35,814 nucleotides of DNA from Candidatus Cloacimonadota bacterium (lineage in GTDB: Bacteria > Cloacimonadota > Cloacimonadia > Cloacimonadales > TCS61): assembly GCA_021157645.1 (NCBI GenBank), contig JAGGWC010000105.1, forward strand, positions 1 to 35,814, given 5' to 3'. Each line of letters opens with the position of its first letter. Within the stretch, counting starts at the first letter, position 1. The position numbers were made by a program, and so were the translations under genes. Positions 22,545-32,800 of the stretch are shown here, piece by piece. The notes below the pieces were generated by a model, which saw only the letters and a list, made by a program, of their open reading frames with translations, did no database searches and was not told the origin of the DNA.

Positions 22545-25500
22545 ATGAAAGTTAAAAGCAGTCTTATAGTTAAAAAGTCCTTAGTCCTAGCTATATCTAT
22601 CTTTTTTTTATTACTTTCAGTTAATATTGCTTCTGCATCATATTCCTTTGATACTGAAGTAGATGTTGGATATATATACTACTATAATTCTACTGCTGGA
22701 ACATACTCAGCCAATTTAGCATCAAGTTCATTTGATTATTTTCCAGACAATGCTGTTGCGGGGGATATGCTTTATTTTGGCGGTTCATATAATCAATATT
22801 CAGCACCATGGCATAATTTGAAATTTTATGTAGGAACACCACTACAAGCAACAAGCATTACTTTAGCATGGGAATACTACAATGGCAGTGCTGGTGCATG
22901 GGAAGCAATACCTAATTTAGTAGATAACACCAATGCTTTTCAAAACTCTGGAGAGAATTCAGTAACATTTCCAGTTCCACCTCATATGTATTCTGATGCT
23001 CGTTTTTGGAGTCTTGATATGTATCATGCAGGTTTAAGTTTTAACAATTGGGTAAGAGCGAGAATAGTAAGTGTAAGTGGATTAACTGAGGGTGGTGCTC
23101 AATCGACACAACAGGTTAAATGCAACGACAATGTAATTACAGTAAAAGATGAAACTGATGTAACACTTTCAAGTATTTACAACGCAGATGTTAGTAATGG
23201 TTGGGGGCAAGTATCAAAATTGTCGAACCAGTCATATCTTATTAAACCAAATTTGTTCTTAATAAATAGCAGTTTTACATCTACAAACGAAATATTTCAA
23301 GTAGGAAGAGAAGACTATCCTGTTGTTTTTTCTGTAGATAGTGATAGTAGCTTCCAACTTGGAGTGTTAACAGGAGATTATGGTAAAGATGGTTCTACTC
23401 TATATCTTCACTCAAGAGAAGGTCGTGGAGCTTTAGGTTATCCTAAATTGTCAAATGCTAAAATCTATGCTTCAAACATAATAAGACCACAAGGGCATAT
23501 TGGTTCGCTTGAATTAAACGGAGCTATAGATTTAAGAGATTCTATTTATACAAGTAATACAACTATAACCATAGGTTCATCTGCAACTGGATATATTAAG
23601 AGGACTCTTTTTGCAACACCAATATGGGTTTATATATTTTCTACAGGTGTTGATATAGATACTTTGAAAATGACGCCTGAATGCGGAGGTATTCTTGCTC
23701 CATTATGGTCTGGAGGTGATGTAATTATTAGAAATGTTAAATTTACTTCAACTCAAAAATTAGACCGTTACTATGCAGCCAATGTATATCTAATAAATTG
23801 TGAAGGACCAACAAATGCCAATATTGTATCAACAGAGCCACGTCTCACTAATGATGTATATGTTTATAAAAAATTCACTTTTAATTTAAAAGTTGTAGAC
23901 AAGGACGGAAACCCAATAAGCGGAGCTAATGTGACTCTTAAAGATACAGATGGTAATACTACTTTTACTGCATTAACTAATTCATCAGGACAGATAGATG
24001 AGCAAACAATTACAACTTATCAAAAATGGTGGGTATATGCTGAAAGCTGGGCAGAACATACAAAAGATTATAATCCTTTTACTTTGACTATTTCAAAAGA
24101 TAATTATATTTCATATAATGTACAATCAACTATAGATATTAAGCAAGATTTAACAATAGCATTAGCAGGTGAATGTGACCCAGACCCAGATTATTCAGAT
24201 GCATATCACCATTATCCAATGAAATATGATTCATCAACAAACACTATAATAGTTTGGGGAAATGATGGAACTGGGACAAATTGTGGACCTAATAGTAATG
24301 AAACATGTACAGCTATGGGTAACAATGATTCAAATCCTATAAACTTTGATAAAGTATGGGAATTTGCTCATGGTGCTAAGGGAACATGCTTACTTGGGGA
24401 TAAATATATTTTCAAGACACATTTACAAATAGGAGACGGAACAACTCCTACAGTTTTTCACGACTTTGGAAAGCAAGTAACATTTGAAGATGGTATTATT
24501 AGTAATTATTATGAAGATTTAATTAAAGTAATGAATAATGCTAATTTTACTCTAGGAGTACTTGAAAATGAAACTGAGAAAATAGGTAAAGACGGAGTAC
24601 AAATGGTGTTCTTAGAAAGTACGTACTATCCTGAAATTATTTCATATACTGGTGGAATTATTAGAGTTTACGCCAGTTCTTTTATTTCTCCATATGCCAG
24701 AACTTATTTATATACTAATACAAATGATAGTAGAGTATATAACTCCCTTCTTACAGGAAATTACACAGGAGGTACTATACCTTATGGAGGTATGATTTTA
24801 AGAGGAGATAATGGATTAACTGCAGATTACTTTAATATAATATCTACAGGCGGTTCATATGGTATACAAAACCTTCATGGAACTATTGAAGATATTACTA
24901 TTTTACATACTCCTCAATATTCAGTAGCGTTTACAGTTAATGGTGCAACAATGAAAAATATTTATGTTAGAGATAGTGGTCCAATTAGAACATGGGGATT
25001 ATCTGAACCAGCATATCTTGTAGATTGTGATATTGATAATTGGGTGTTTAGTTGGGGTGGAACTAATACTAAAAATATTTACAGACAATACAGTTTTTCA
25101 CTTAAACTTACAGACAATGCTGGAAATTATATTTCTGGAGCTAATGTAACGTTATATGATAAAGATAATAATGTAGTATTTACAGACCTAACAAACTCAT
25201 CTGGGCAGTTATCATCAGGCACTCAAACAGTAACTTATGGATACTATAACCAAACAGGGGGGAATACACCTTACTTAAAAACACCGCATTTATTAGTAGT
25301 AACAAAATCAGGTTATGTTCCTATTAAATTAAATTTAACAATGGACTCTAAAAAAAGCTTAGAGTTAGAAATGCATGGAAAGCGAAACCTCTACCCAATA
25401 AATCTAGCAATGATTTCAGGCACTGAATATAAAACAGGAGAGGATATTTATGTAGCTGTTCAAGTAACAGACGCGTATGGAGACCCAGTATCAGGAGCTA

Positions 25501-28500
25501 CATGTACATTTGATATTTACAAGCCAGATATGACTTTATGGCAGAATGATGTTCCTACAACTTATTTAGGGAATGGGGTTTATTATAATAATTCATTAAC
25601 TGCTCCGAGTACATATGGTTCATACACATATATAGCCAATTGTACATATAGTGGAACTAATTCTTATGAATCAAAAACCTTTCATGTAGCTGAATGGACA
25701 GGAGACATAACAAATATTCTTAATAATATTACAAATACAGTTATTCCTTACCTTCAAGATATAAATAGTACAGTTTATTCAAATAATGTTTTAGTAACTG
25801 AAATAAACACAACTACTCATAGTACATTAACTAAATGGGGTTCTCAAACTGCTCAAGCACTTTATGATTTAGAAAGCAGTACGAATACCATAGCAGATTA
25901 CATTAATACTACTAGATGGAATACTAATGTATTCTCAGATGTAATGAATAAATGGGGAAGCTATTCAGCTTCAAGTTTATATACAATAAGTGAACAAGCA
26001 AAGAATATTAGTCAATATATAAATGAAACAAGATGGAACACTAAAGTAGCTCAAGACCTTTATGATATAAGTAATGATGCATATACTATGGCAAGTTACA
26101 TCAACTCAACAAGATGGAACACTAAAACAGCCCAAGATTTATATGATATAAGCAGTGAAATTAAAACATTAGCTACAGAAATTAACACAACTACTCACAA
26201 CATATATACTATAGTTTCAGCAATTCAATCTGATGTAACATATTTATATAATAGAGAGAATTGTAGTTCTTATACTTCTGAAATTGGGACAAAATGCTGG
26301 TATTTGGATAATATAAATGATACTTTAGGTACTGTAGGAACTTCACCAGCAGATATATGGTCATATTCTTCAAGAACATTAACTGACTGGTCTTTTGCTA
26401 ATTTAGTATGGTCATATTCAACAAGGTCTTTAACTGATTATGGAAATCAAAATAATATTTACAGTATTGTTCAGGATTTAGAAGATATGCATAATTGTAC
26501 TTATTCACCAAATACAAAAATATGCCAGTATTTATCTGAAATTAATACAACAACTCATAATACATATACAGCAGTAAATGCTCTAAATGATATTACTGCA
26601 TCTGATGTATGGTCTTATGCTACAAGAACATTAACAGATTATTCTGGAGTTTGGTCTGTAGCCACAAGAACATTAACAGATTACAATCAAACCTTAATGT
26701 GGACGTATTTAGAAGATATTAATACTTCAACAGCTACAACAATTCCAAATTTAATAAATTCATTGAATGATATATCTGCTTCAGATGTATGGACTTATAC
26801 AACTAGAGATTTAACAGACTACAACCAAACACATATGTGGATATACTTAAGTGAAATAAATTCCACTACTCATAATCTTCCATCAGCATCTGATATATGG
26901 ACTTATACTAACAGAAATTTAACTTATATTGATTGGGGAACTGGAGCAACATATGTATGGAATGCGACAAGCAGAGAATTAACAACTTATCCATCAACTA
27001 GAGCAGTATTAACATTAGACATATCAAAATCAGGTCTCATAAATACAACATATTATGATGTAGCAAGTTCACATATATTTGATTCAACAGAACCAGACAA
27101 CGATGAAATATTTAAGACTAATTTCTATAAAAAATATGGAATAGATATAGGATATGTACCAAACAATGTCACAAATGGATACCTTATTTACTGGCTTAAA
27201 AAAATAGGAAATCCGACAGGATACTTAAACATAACAATAGATGGTTCACTTATTAAGACAATAGATGTATCAACATTGTCAACAGATTACACTAAATTCG
27301 TAACACAATTCGATAAGTCAAATATAACAGATTCTTATGTAGAAGTAGAATTTATTGGACAGTCAGCATGGACACAGGCAAATGATGTATCTTTAGGAGG
27401 TAGTAATCAAATAGCAATATATTCAATGGAAAGTCCAGATAATTCGACATGGGTACACCCAACTTATGAATACATAATTGGTCTTACTATAGAATATAAC
27501 CAAGAATCCATAGCAGACCAGATGAATGAAGAAAGTGTTTATATTCAAAAGAAATCGCCAGAAGCAATTTGCCCAGGTCAAACAATTTGGAGTACATTTG
27601 AATTTTATGACTACCAAGGAAATGCATTAGACATACAAGCTTTGCCGACATGTAGTTTACAAAAAATAAATGACGATGGAACAATTACTGATTTAGGGAG
27701 TGCGAATATAGATGTAACTGAAACAGGACATCATAGGATTAGAGTAGTTAAAAATGGAACATATACAGGAACACTTGAAAATAATGGATTATACAAAATA
27801 AAATGTATAAATATAAACATAACTACTCAAGGTGGAAATATAGTTACCATAGAGAATCAAGGAACTCATTTCAGAACTCTAACAACTTCAGAATGTAACT
27901 ACTTTAATAATTCAATATTAGCAACACAAACTAATATTACATCTATTATCTCTCATGGAGATGCTAATTGGTTAACAGCAACAGGATTCTTAACTGGAGC
28001 AGAACTTAATGCTTCTCATGGAACAGGAAATTATAATACGACAGGAACATCTCCAAGTGAAATATGGTCATATGCTACTAGAACTATAACTGGAGGTAAT
28101 TTAACTACTATGGACTGGACTAAGGTTTCAGATTTGTCTAATTTAGCTACTCAAAGTAATATTACATCTATTATCTCTCATGGAGATACATATTGGATAA
28201 CTGCAGATTTATCTAATGTTCCTGCAGATGTATGGTCTTATGCAACAAGAACATTATCAGATTACTCAGGAGTATGGAATTTTCCATCTAGAAATTTAAC
28301 TTATATTAATTGGGGTAATGGAGCAGGTTATATTTGGAATTATTCGAATAGAAATTTAACATATTATGAAGGAACTTCTCCAGAGGAAGTTTGGAATTAT
28401 TCAAATAAAACATTAACTACTCAAGATTGGGTAACTTTAGCAGATATTGCTAATTTAGCAACTCAAGATAATACTTCAGAAATAAAGAATTTAATAAACT

Positions 28501-29351
28501 CATTAAATAATCTCTCAGCAAGCGATGTATGGTCATATGCTACTAGAACATTAACAGACTACAACCAAACAGATATGTGGATATACCTACAAGACATAAA
28601 CACCTCTCAAATATCTGCAGGAGATGTATGGAATTATACTAATAGAGTATTAACTAATTATTCAGGAGTATGGAGTTTTACTACTAGAACATTAACAGAC
28701 TACAACCAAACAGATATGTGGATATACCTACAAGACATAAATACAACAGTATCTTCAATAAGTACTAATACCTCGAATCAAACTCAAATCTTATCTTATC
28801 TTCAAGATTTATGGGAACATACTTATACCAATTCATCTATCATAAATTTAGAGAATATTACTTCTTCAACATTATCAGCGACATCAAATATCACTATAAA
28901 CTATAATATAAGTGTACCAATTAAAGCAGGGTTTTCTGCAGGAGATTATTTACCAATTAGAATAAAATATTATTTCTTAGATAGTGATGGAAATTGTATT
29001 AATCAGGGAACAGACAATACAAGTCCTCATTGTACTCCTTTAACAGTATCAGCAGTAGGAAGAGCCAATGATACTTTATCATTGAATGTAAGTATGCGTC
29101 CTAATTTAGATGTGGGGAATTATTCAATAGTAAGAATTATTGAAGTTGACCCAAATAATGTTTGGATAGTATATGGAATTCATAATATAGGAAGTATAAA
29201 AGTAGAACCATACAATGTAAGTTTATTAAAAGAGCATAAATTATTTAAGTTGCAATATGTATTACTTATTATGGGAATATTTATGGTTTTTTTATTTATG
29301 AAAGATGGAAAAAAAGATAATATATCTAGTCATAATGCTTATGAGTATTAA
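22545..29351 (+). CDS. giant secreted, C-terminally anchored surface/spike protein (2268 aa)
   Basis: Signal peptide ending SVNIASA. Two CarboxypepD_reg/PEGA-like modules (FTFNLKVVDKDGNPISGANVTLKDTDGN... at ~23871-24164; YSFSLKLTDNAGNYISGANVTLYDKDNN... at ~25088-25375). INTT(T/R) helical repeats. At least 15 copies of W-x-[YFAV]-x-x-[RK]-x-[LI]-[TS]. Very many N-x-S/T sequons. C-terminal TM LQYVLLIMGIFMVFLF. Confidence 0.8.
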   Translation: MKVKSSLIVKKSLVLAISIFFLLLSVNIASASYSFDTEVDVGYIYYYNSTAGTYSANLASSSFDYFPDNAVAGDMLYFGGSYNQYSAPWHNLKFYVGTPLQATSITLAWEYYNGSAGAWEAIPNLVDNTNAFQNSGENSVTFPVPPHMYSDARFWSLDMYHAGLSFNNWVRARIVSVSGLTEGGAQSTQQVKCNDNVITVKDETDVTLSSIYNADVSNGWGQVSKLSNQSYLIKPNLFLINSSFTSTNEIFQVGREDYPVVFSVDSDSSFQLGVLTGDYGKDGSTLYLHSREGRGALGYPKLSNAKIYASNIIRPQGHIGSLELNGAIDLRDSIYTSNTTITIGSSATGYIKRTLFATPIWVYIFSTGVDIDTLKMTPECGGILAPLWSGGDVIIRNVKFTSTQKLDRYYAANVYLINCEGPTNANIVSTEPRLTNDVYVYKKFTFNLKVVDKDGNPISGANVTLKDTDGNTTFTALTNSSGQIDEQTITTYQKWWVYAESWAEHTKDYNPFTLTISKDNYISYNVQSTIDIKQDLTIALAGECDPDPDYSDAYHHYPMKYDSSTNTIIVWGNDGTGTNCGPNSNETCTAMGNNDSNPINFDKVWEFAHGAKGTCLLGDKYIFKTHLQIGDGTTPTVFHDFGKQVTFEDGIISNYYEDLIKVMNNANFTLGVLENETEKIGKDGVQMVFLESTYYPEIISYTGGIIRVYASSFISPYARTYLYTNTNDSRVYNSLLTGNYTGGTIPYGGMILRGDNGLTADYFNIISTGGSYGIQNLHGTIEDITILHTPQYSVAFTVNGATMKNIYVRDSGPIRTWGLSEPAYLVDCDIDNWVFSWGGTNTKNIYRQYSFSLKLTDNAGNYISGANVTLYDKDNNVVFTDLTNSSGQLSSGTQTVTYGYYNQTGGNTPYLKTPHLLVVTKSGYVPIKLNLTMDSKKSLELEMHGKRNLYPINLAMISGTEYKTGEDIYVAVQVTDAYGDPVSGATCTFDIYKPDMTLWQNDVPTTYLGNGVYYNNSLTAPSTYGSYTYIANCTYSGTNSYESKTFHVAEWTGDITNILNNITNTVIPYLQDINSTVYSNNVLVTEINTTTHSTLTKWGSQTAQALYDLESSTNTIADYINTTRWNTNVFSDVMNKWGSYSASSLYTISEQAKNISQYINETRWNTKVAQDLYDISNDAYTMASYINSTRWNTKTAQDLYDISSEIKTLATEINTTTHNIYTIVSAIQSDVTYLYNRENCSSYTSEIGTKCWYLDNINDTLGTVGTSPADIWSYSSRTLTDWSFANLVWSYSTRSLTDYGNQNNIYSIVQDLEDMHNCTYSPNTKICQYLSEINTTTHNTYTAVNALNDITASDVWSYATRTLTDYSGVWSVATRTLTDYNQTLMWTYLEDINTSTATTIPNLINSLNDISASDVWTYTTRDLTDYNQTHMWIYLSEINSTTHNLPSASDIWTYTNRNLTYIDWGTGATYVWNATSRELTTYPSTRAVLTLDISKSGLINTTYYDVASSHIFDSTEPDNDEIFKTNFYKKYGIDIGYVPNNVTNGYLIYWLKKIGNPTGYLNITIDGSLIKTIDVSTLSTDYTKFVTQFDKSNITDSYVEVEFIGQSAWTQANDVSLGGSNQIAIYSMESPDNSTWVHPTYEYIIGLTIEYNQESIADQMNEESVYIQKKSPEAICPGQTIWSTFEFYDYQGNALDIQALPTCSLQKINDDGTITDLGSANIDVTETGHHRIRVVKNGTYTGTLENNGLYKIKCININITTQGGNIVTIENQGTHFRTLTTSECNYFNNSILATQTNITSIISHGDANWLTATGFLTGAELNASHGTGNYNTTGTSPSEIWSYATRTITGGNLTTMDWTKVSDLSNLATQSNITSIISHGDTYWITADLSNVPADVWSYATRTLSDYSGVWNFPSRNLTYINWGNGAGYIWNYSNRNLTYYEGTSPEEVWNYSNKTLTTQDWVTLADIANLATQDNTSEIKNLINSLNNLSASDVWSYATRTLTDYNQTDMWIYLQDINTSQISAGDVWNYTNRVLTNYSGVWSFTTRTLTDYNQTDMWIYLQDINTTVSSISTNTSNQTQILSYLQDLWEHTYTNSSIINLENITSSTLSATSNITINYNISVPIKAGFSAGDYLPIRIKYYFLDSDGNCINQGTDNTSPHCTPLTVSAVGRANDTLSLNVSMRPNLDVGNYSIVRIIEVDPNNVWIVYGIHNIGSIKVEPYNVSLLKEHKLFKLQYVLLIMGIFMVFLFMKDGKKDNISSHNAYEY
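28540..28741 (+). repeat. 61-bp perfect direct repeat inside the giant gene (28540-28600 and 28681-28741)
   Basis: ctactagaacattaacagactacaaccaaacagatatgtggatatacctacaagacataaa occurs twice, 141 nt apart (in frame). Confidence 0.85.
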
Positions 29352-29880
29352 TATAGCATATGCTTCAAACAGCATAGGAACAGTAGTAGTAGAAGACTAT
29401 ACATCCCCAAATATTACTATATTATCACCTATAAACAAAACATATAGTTCATTAGATGTAAACTTAAATGTATCTGCTGATGAAAATATAAGTGCATGGT
29501 GGTATTCATTGAATGGAGTTAATTCCACATTTACACCAAATACAACCATATCTGCAAGAGCTGGAAGCAATTCATTAATAGTATATGCTAATGATACTAA
29601 CAATAATACTGGTTCTTCATCTATAACTTTCAATGTTAAATTGGAATCTGGATGGAATATTCAAAATACTTCAATTGTTACTGTTAATACAACATCTAAA
29701 GAAGATGAATATAAAAAAGAGATATATACTGCTGGAGTGAGATTGTCTCCTCAACACCCATATTTAGTTCCAGGAGCTACATTTATCATATTAATAATTG
29801 CAATATACATACTATTAAGTTATCAAGAGGAAGAAGATAAGAAAAAGCAAAAAAGAGGTAATCCAAATGAAGTCAAGTAA
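29305..29880 (+). CDS. secreted Ig-like-domain protein with C-terminal TM anchor (191 aa)
   Basis: Signal peptide KKIIYLVIMLMSINIAYA. Motif WWYSLNG...SNSLIVYANDTNNN. TM ATFIILIIAIYILLS followed by a charged tail. Start overlaps the upstream gene by 47 nt, so the start site is uncertain. Confidence 0.6.
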   Translation: MEKKIIYLVIMLMSINIAYASNSIGTVVVEDYTSPNITILSPINKTYSSLDVNLNVSADENISAWWYSLNGVNSTFTPNTTISARAGSNSLIVYANDTNNNTGSSSITFNVKLESGWNIQNTSIVTVNTTSKEDEYKKEIYTAGVRLSPQHPYLVPGATFIILIIAIYILLSYQEEEDKKKQKRGNPNEVK

Positions 29881-32800
29881 GAGTAAGCTAACAACATTAG
29901 TATTATTAAGTCTATTGTTAATAATACCTGCGTTATATATGCAAGCTACAACTGCTAAAGGAACAGCACAAACAATAAAAAATGTAACTATTAAAAGAGG
30001 ACCTTCTTGGGAAGAAACTTGCCACCCAGTAACAACTACAAAAGAACACTGTTTTACAAATTACTGTGTGGATTGGGAAATCAATGAAACTACTGAAGAA
30101 CCTTATTGTGTAGATATGAGAGACACATATTGTAGGAATTCTACATATACTACTACAGAATGTACAAGAACATTGTATTCAGGAACAAGATTTATTGAAA
30201 AGCATAAAGGTCATAAAGATTATGTTCCTATGGATGAAGTAGTTAATGTTACTTATGTAAATGATTCAATTGTTTTATCTTGGTGGGATAAAAGAGTAGT
30301 ACTAGAGCCATATATTGAAATTAATAATAATAAATATAAACTTAAAAATATGCCTGCATCTTCTTCAAATCCAAATGTTCCAACTAAAAACAAATTGAAA
30401 TTTCTTACAAAAATAAAAGACAACAAGTATTCTTATTATTATAATCATACAATGGATGCTAAATTAGGCAAGAGTTCCTCTAAAAAAGAAGTGTTTAATA
30501 CTTTTGGATATAATATTTCAGAAAGTAATGCTAACTGTACATTTAAAAACAATGCTTTAATTTGTGATGAAATAGAAATAAACTTTGCTCAAGCAGTCAA
30601 TGAGCAGAACTTAACTTTATATACAGAAAAAGAAGGTAAAAAACTTAAAGGTATTTCAATCAAAGCTGAAAAAGAAGGAACATCAATATTTTATATAGAC
30701 CCTACAATTCAATTACAAGATAATGTTACTGAAAATTTAAATGATGCTAAAATTTTAGAAGATTATCCAGATTATAATGCTGCAACATCAAAGTTACAAG
30801 TAGGATATGCAAATATAACTGCTTCATTACTTATGTTTAATATTTCTTCAATTCCAAATAATGCAAATATTATTGATGCAGGATTATATCTATATCAAAA
30901 TGTCATAGGAGGTACTCAAAAATTAGTAGGAGTTAAAGTATGTAATACTTCTAGAAATTGGAACGAAGAAACAGTTACATGGAATACTAAACCAATACAA
31001 GGAGTATGTTCAGATAATATAGAACAAAATCCTGCCAATACAGCTGGTTGGAGAGGTCCTTGGGATGTTACTTCTTTGATTAATACTACATATAATAATG
31101 TAAGTTTGGAATTATATCCAGATATTTCAGATACAGATTGGGATAATGATATAATTCAATATAATTCAAAAGAATATGCAACAGCATCTTTAAGACCATA
31201 TTTAAATATAACTTATTCTAATTCTACAAACATATCAGATTGTGCTGTATTGGATATTCCTGGGCATACTTACTATTTAACAACAAATATTACAGATTCT
31301 TCTACATCTTATTGTATGAATATTTCAGCTAACAACGTAACATTAGATTGTCAAGGGCATACAATTGACGGTGACGATGCTGCTGACTATGGTATTTATA
31401 TTAAAAGGAGTTCATCAATAAATAGTAATATTGTTGTTAAAAATTGTACTATTACTGACTGGGATACATATGGGAGTTATATTGCTACAGCAAATAATGT
31501 AACTTTTGAAGATATAACTTATACTTCAAATCCAGATATGGCATTATATGTAGCAAGTGACTATAATAAATTTACAAATATTATTAGCAATTATAATGGA
31601 CGTGGAATTACTTTGAATTATGCAGATTCAAATACTTTTACTAACATAATAGCAAATTCAAATCCATATGGAGGTATCTATTTATGGTATTCAAATTCAA
31701 ATATTTTTGCAAATATGACAGTAAATTCAAATGCTAATTCAGATAATGCAGGTATTTATTTATATTGTTCACATGCAAATGTAATTACGTATTCTAAAAT
31801 TGAAAATAATTCTAATTCTGGGATTACTTTATGTTATTCAGATGGGAATGTAGCTAATAAAATATATAATAATTTATTTAATAATACTAATAATATTGTA
31901 TTTGTAGGTACAGAATATTCTAATAATTGGAATACAACATATCAATCTGGAACAAATATTTATGACTCTAGTATAGGATATATTGCTGGTAATTGGTATT
32001 CAGGATTTTCAGATAATTCCACATTATGTCCAGATACTACAGGAGATGGATTTTGTGATAATGCTTATGATGTAAAAAATAATACTGCTGGGTGTGATTC
32101 AAATAATTGTGATTATAAACCTATAAGTTCATTCTATGGAAATCCAACAAATCAAGCACCTTCATTTACAGTAACTCCAGATGATGCTTCTACTGTTGGC
32201 TCTCCAACTAATGTAGGTCAAAATGTAACTTTCACAGCAACAGCAACAGATGCAGACGGAGACAATTATACTTTATATATATGTAAAACTAATGCCTTCT
32301 CCAGTGGAAGTTGTACAGGTGGAGAATGGTGTCATTCAACAAGTACAACAAGTGGCTCTCAAGCATCTTGTAAATACTTAACACAAGATTCAGATTCAAC
32401 TCAAGAAAGCTGGTATGCTTTTGCTTATGATGGAACATCAGCATCCTCCTCAAGTTCTACATATTCTCCTATGAATATTAATCACAGACCATATGCTTCA
32501 GGAGTAGTTATAAATGATTCCACACCATACACAGATTCTATAATTCAATGTAATTATACTTTTAATGATGCAGATGGAGATTCAGAAAGTTCTGTAGCTT
32601 ATAAATGGTATAAAAATAATGTTTTAATATCTGGAGAAACTTCCAGCACTCTAAATTTAAGTGTAGCAGGTAATGGAAATAAAGGAGATATAATTAATTG
32701 TTCAGTTCAAGTAACAGATGAACATTCATTTTCAGATGATGTTTATGTAGCATCGAGTGGAGTAACAATACAGAATTATGCCCCAAATACAGTAACTTCT

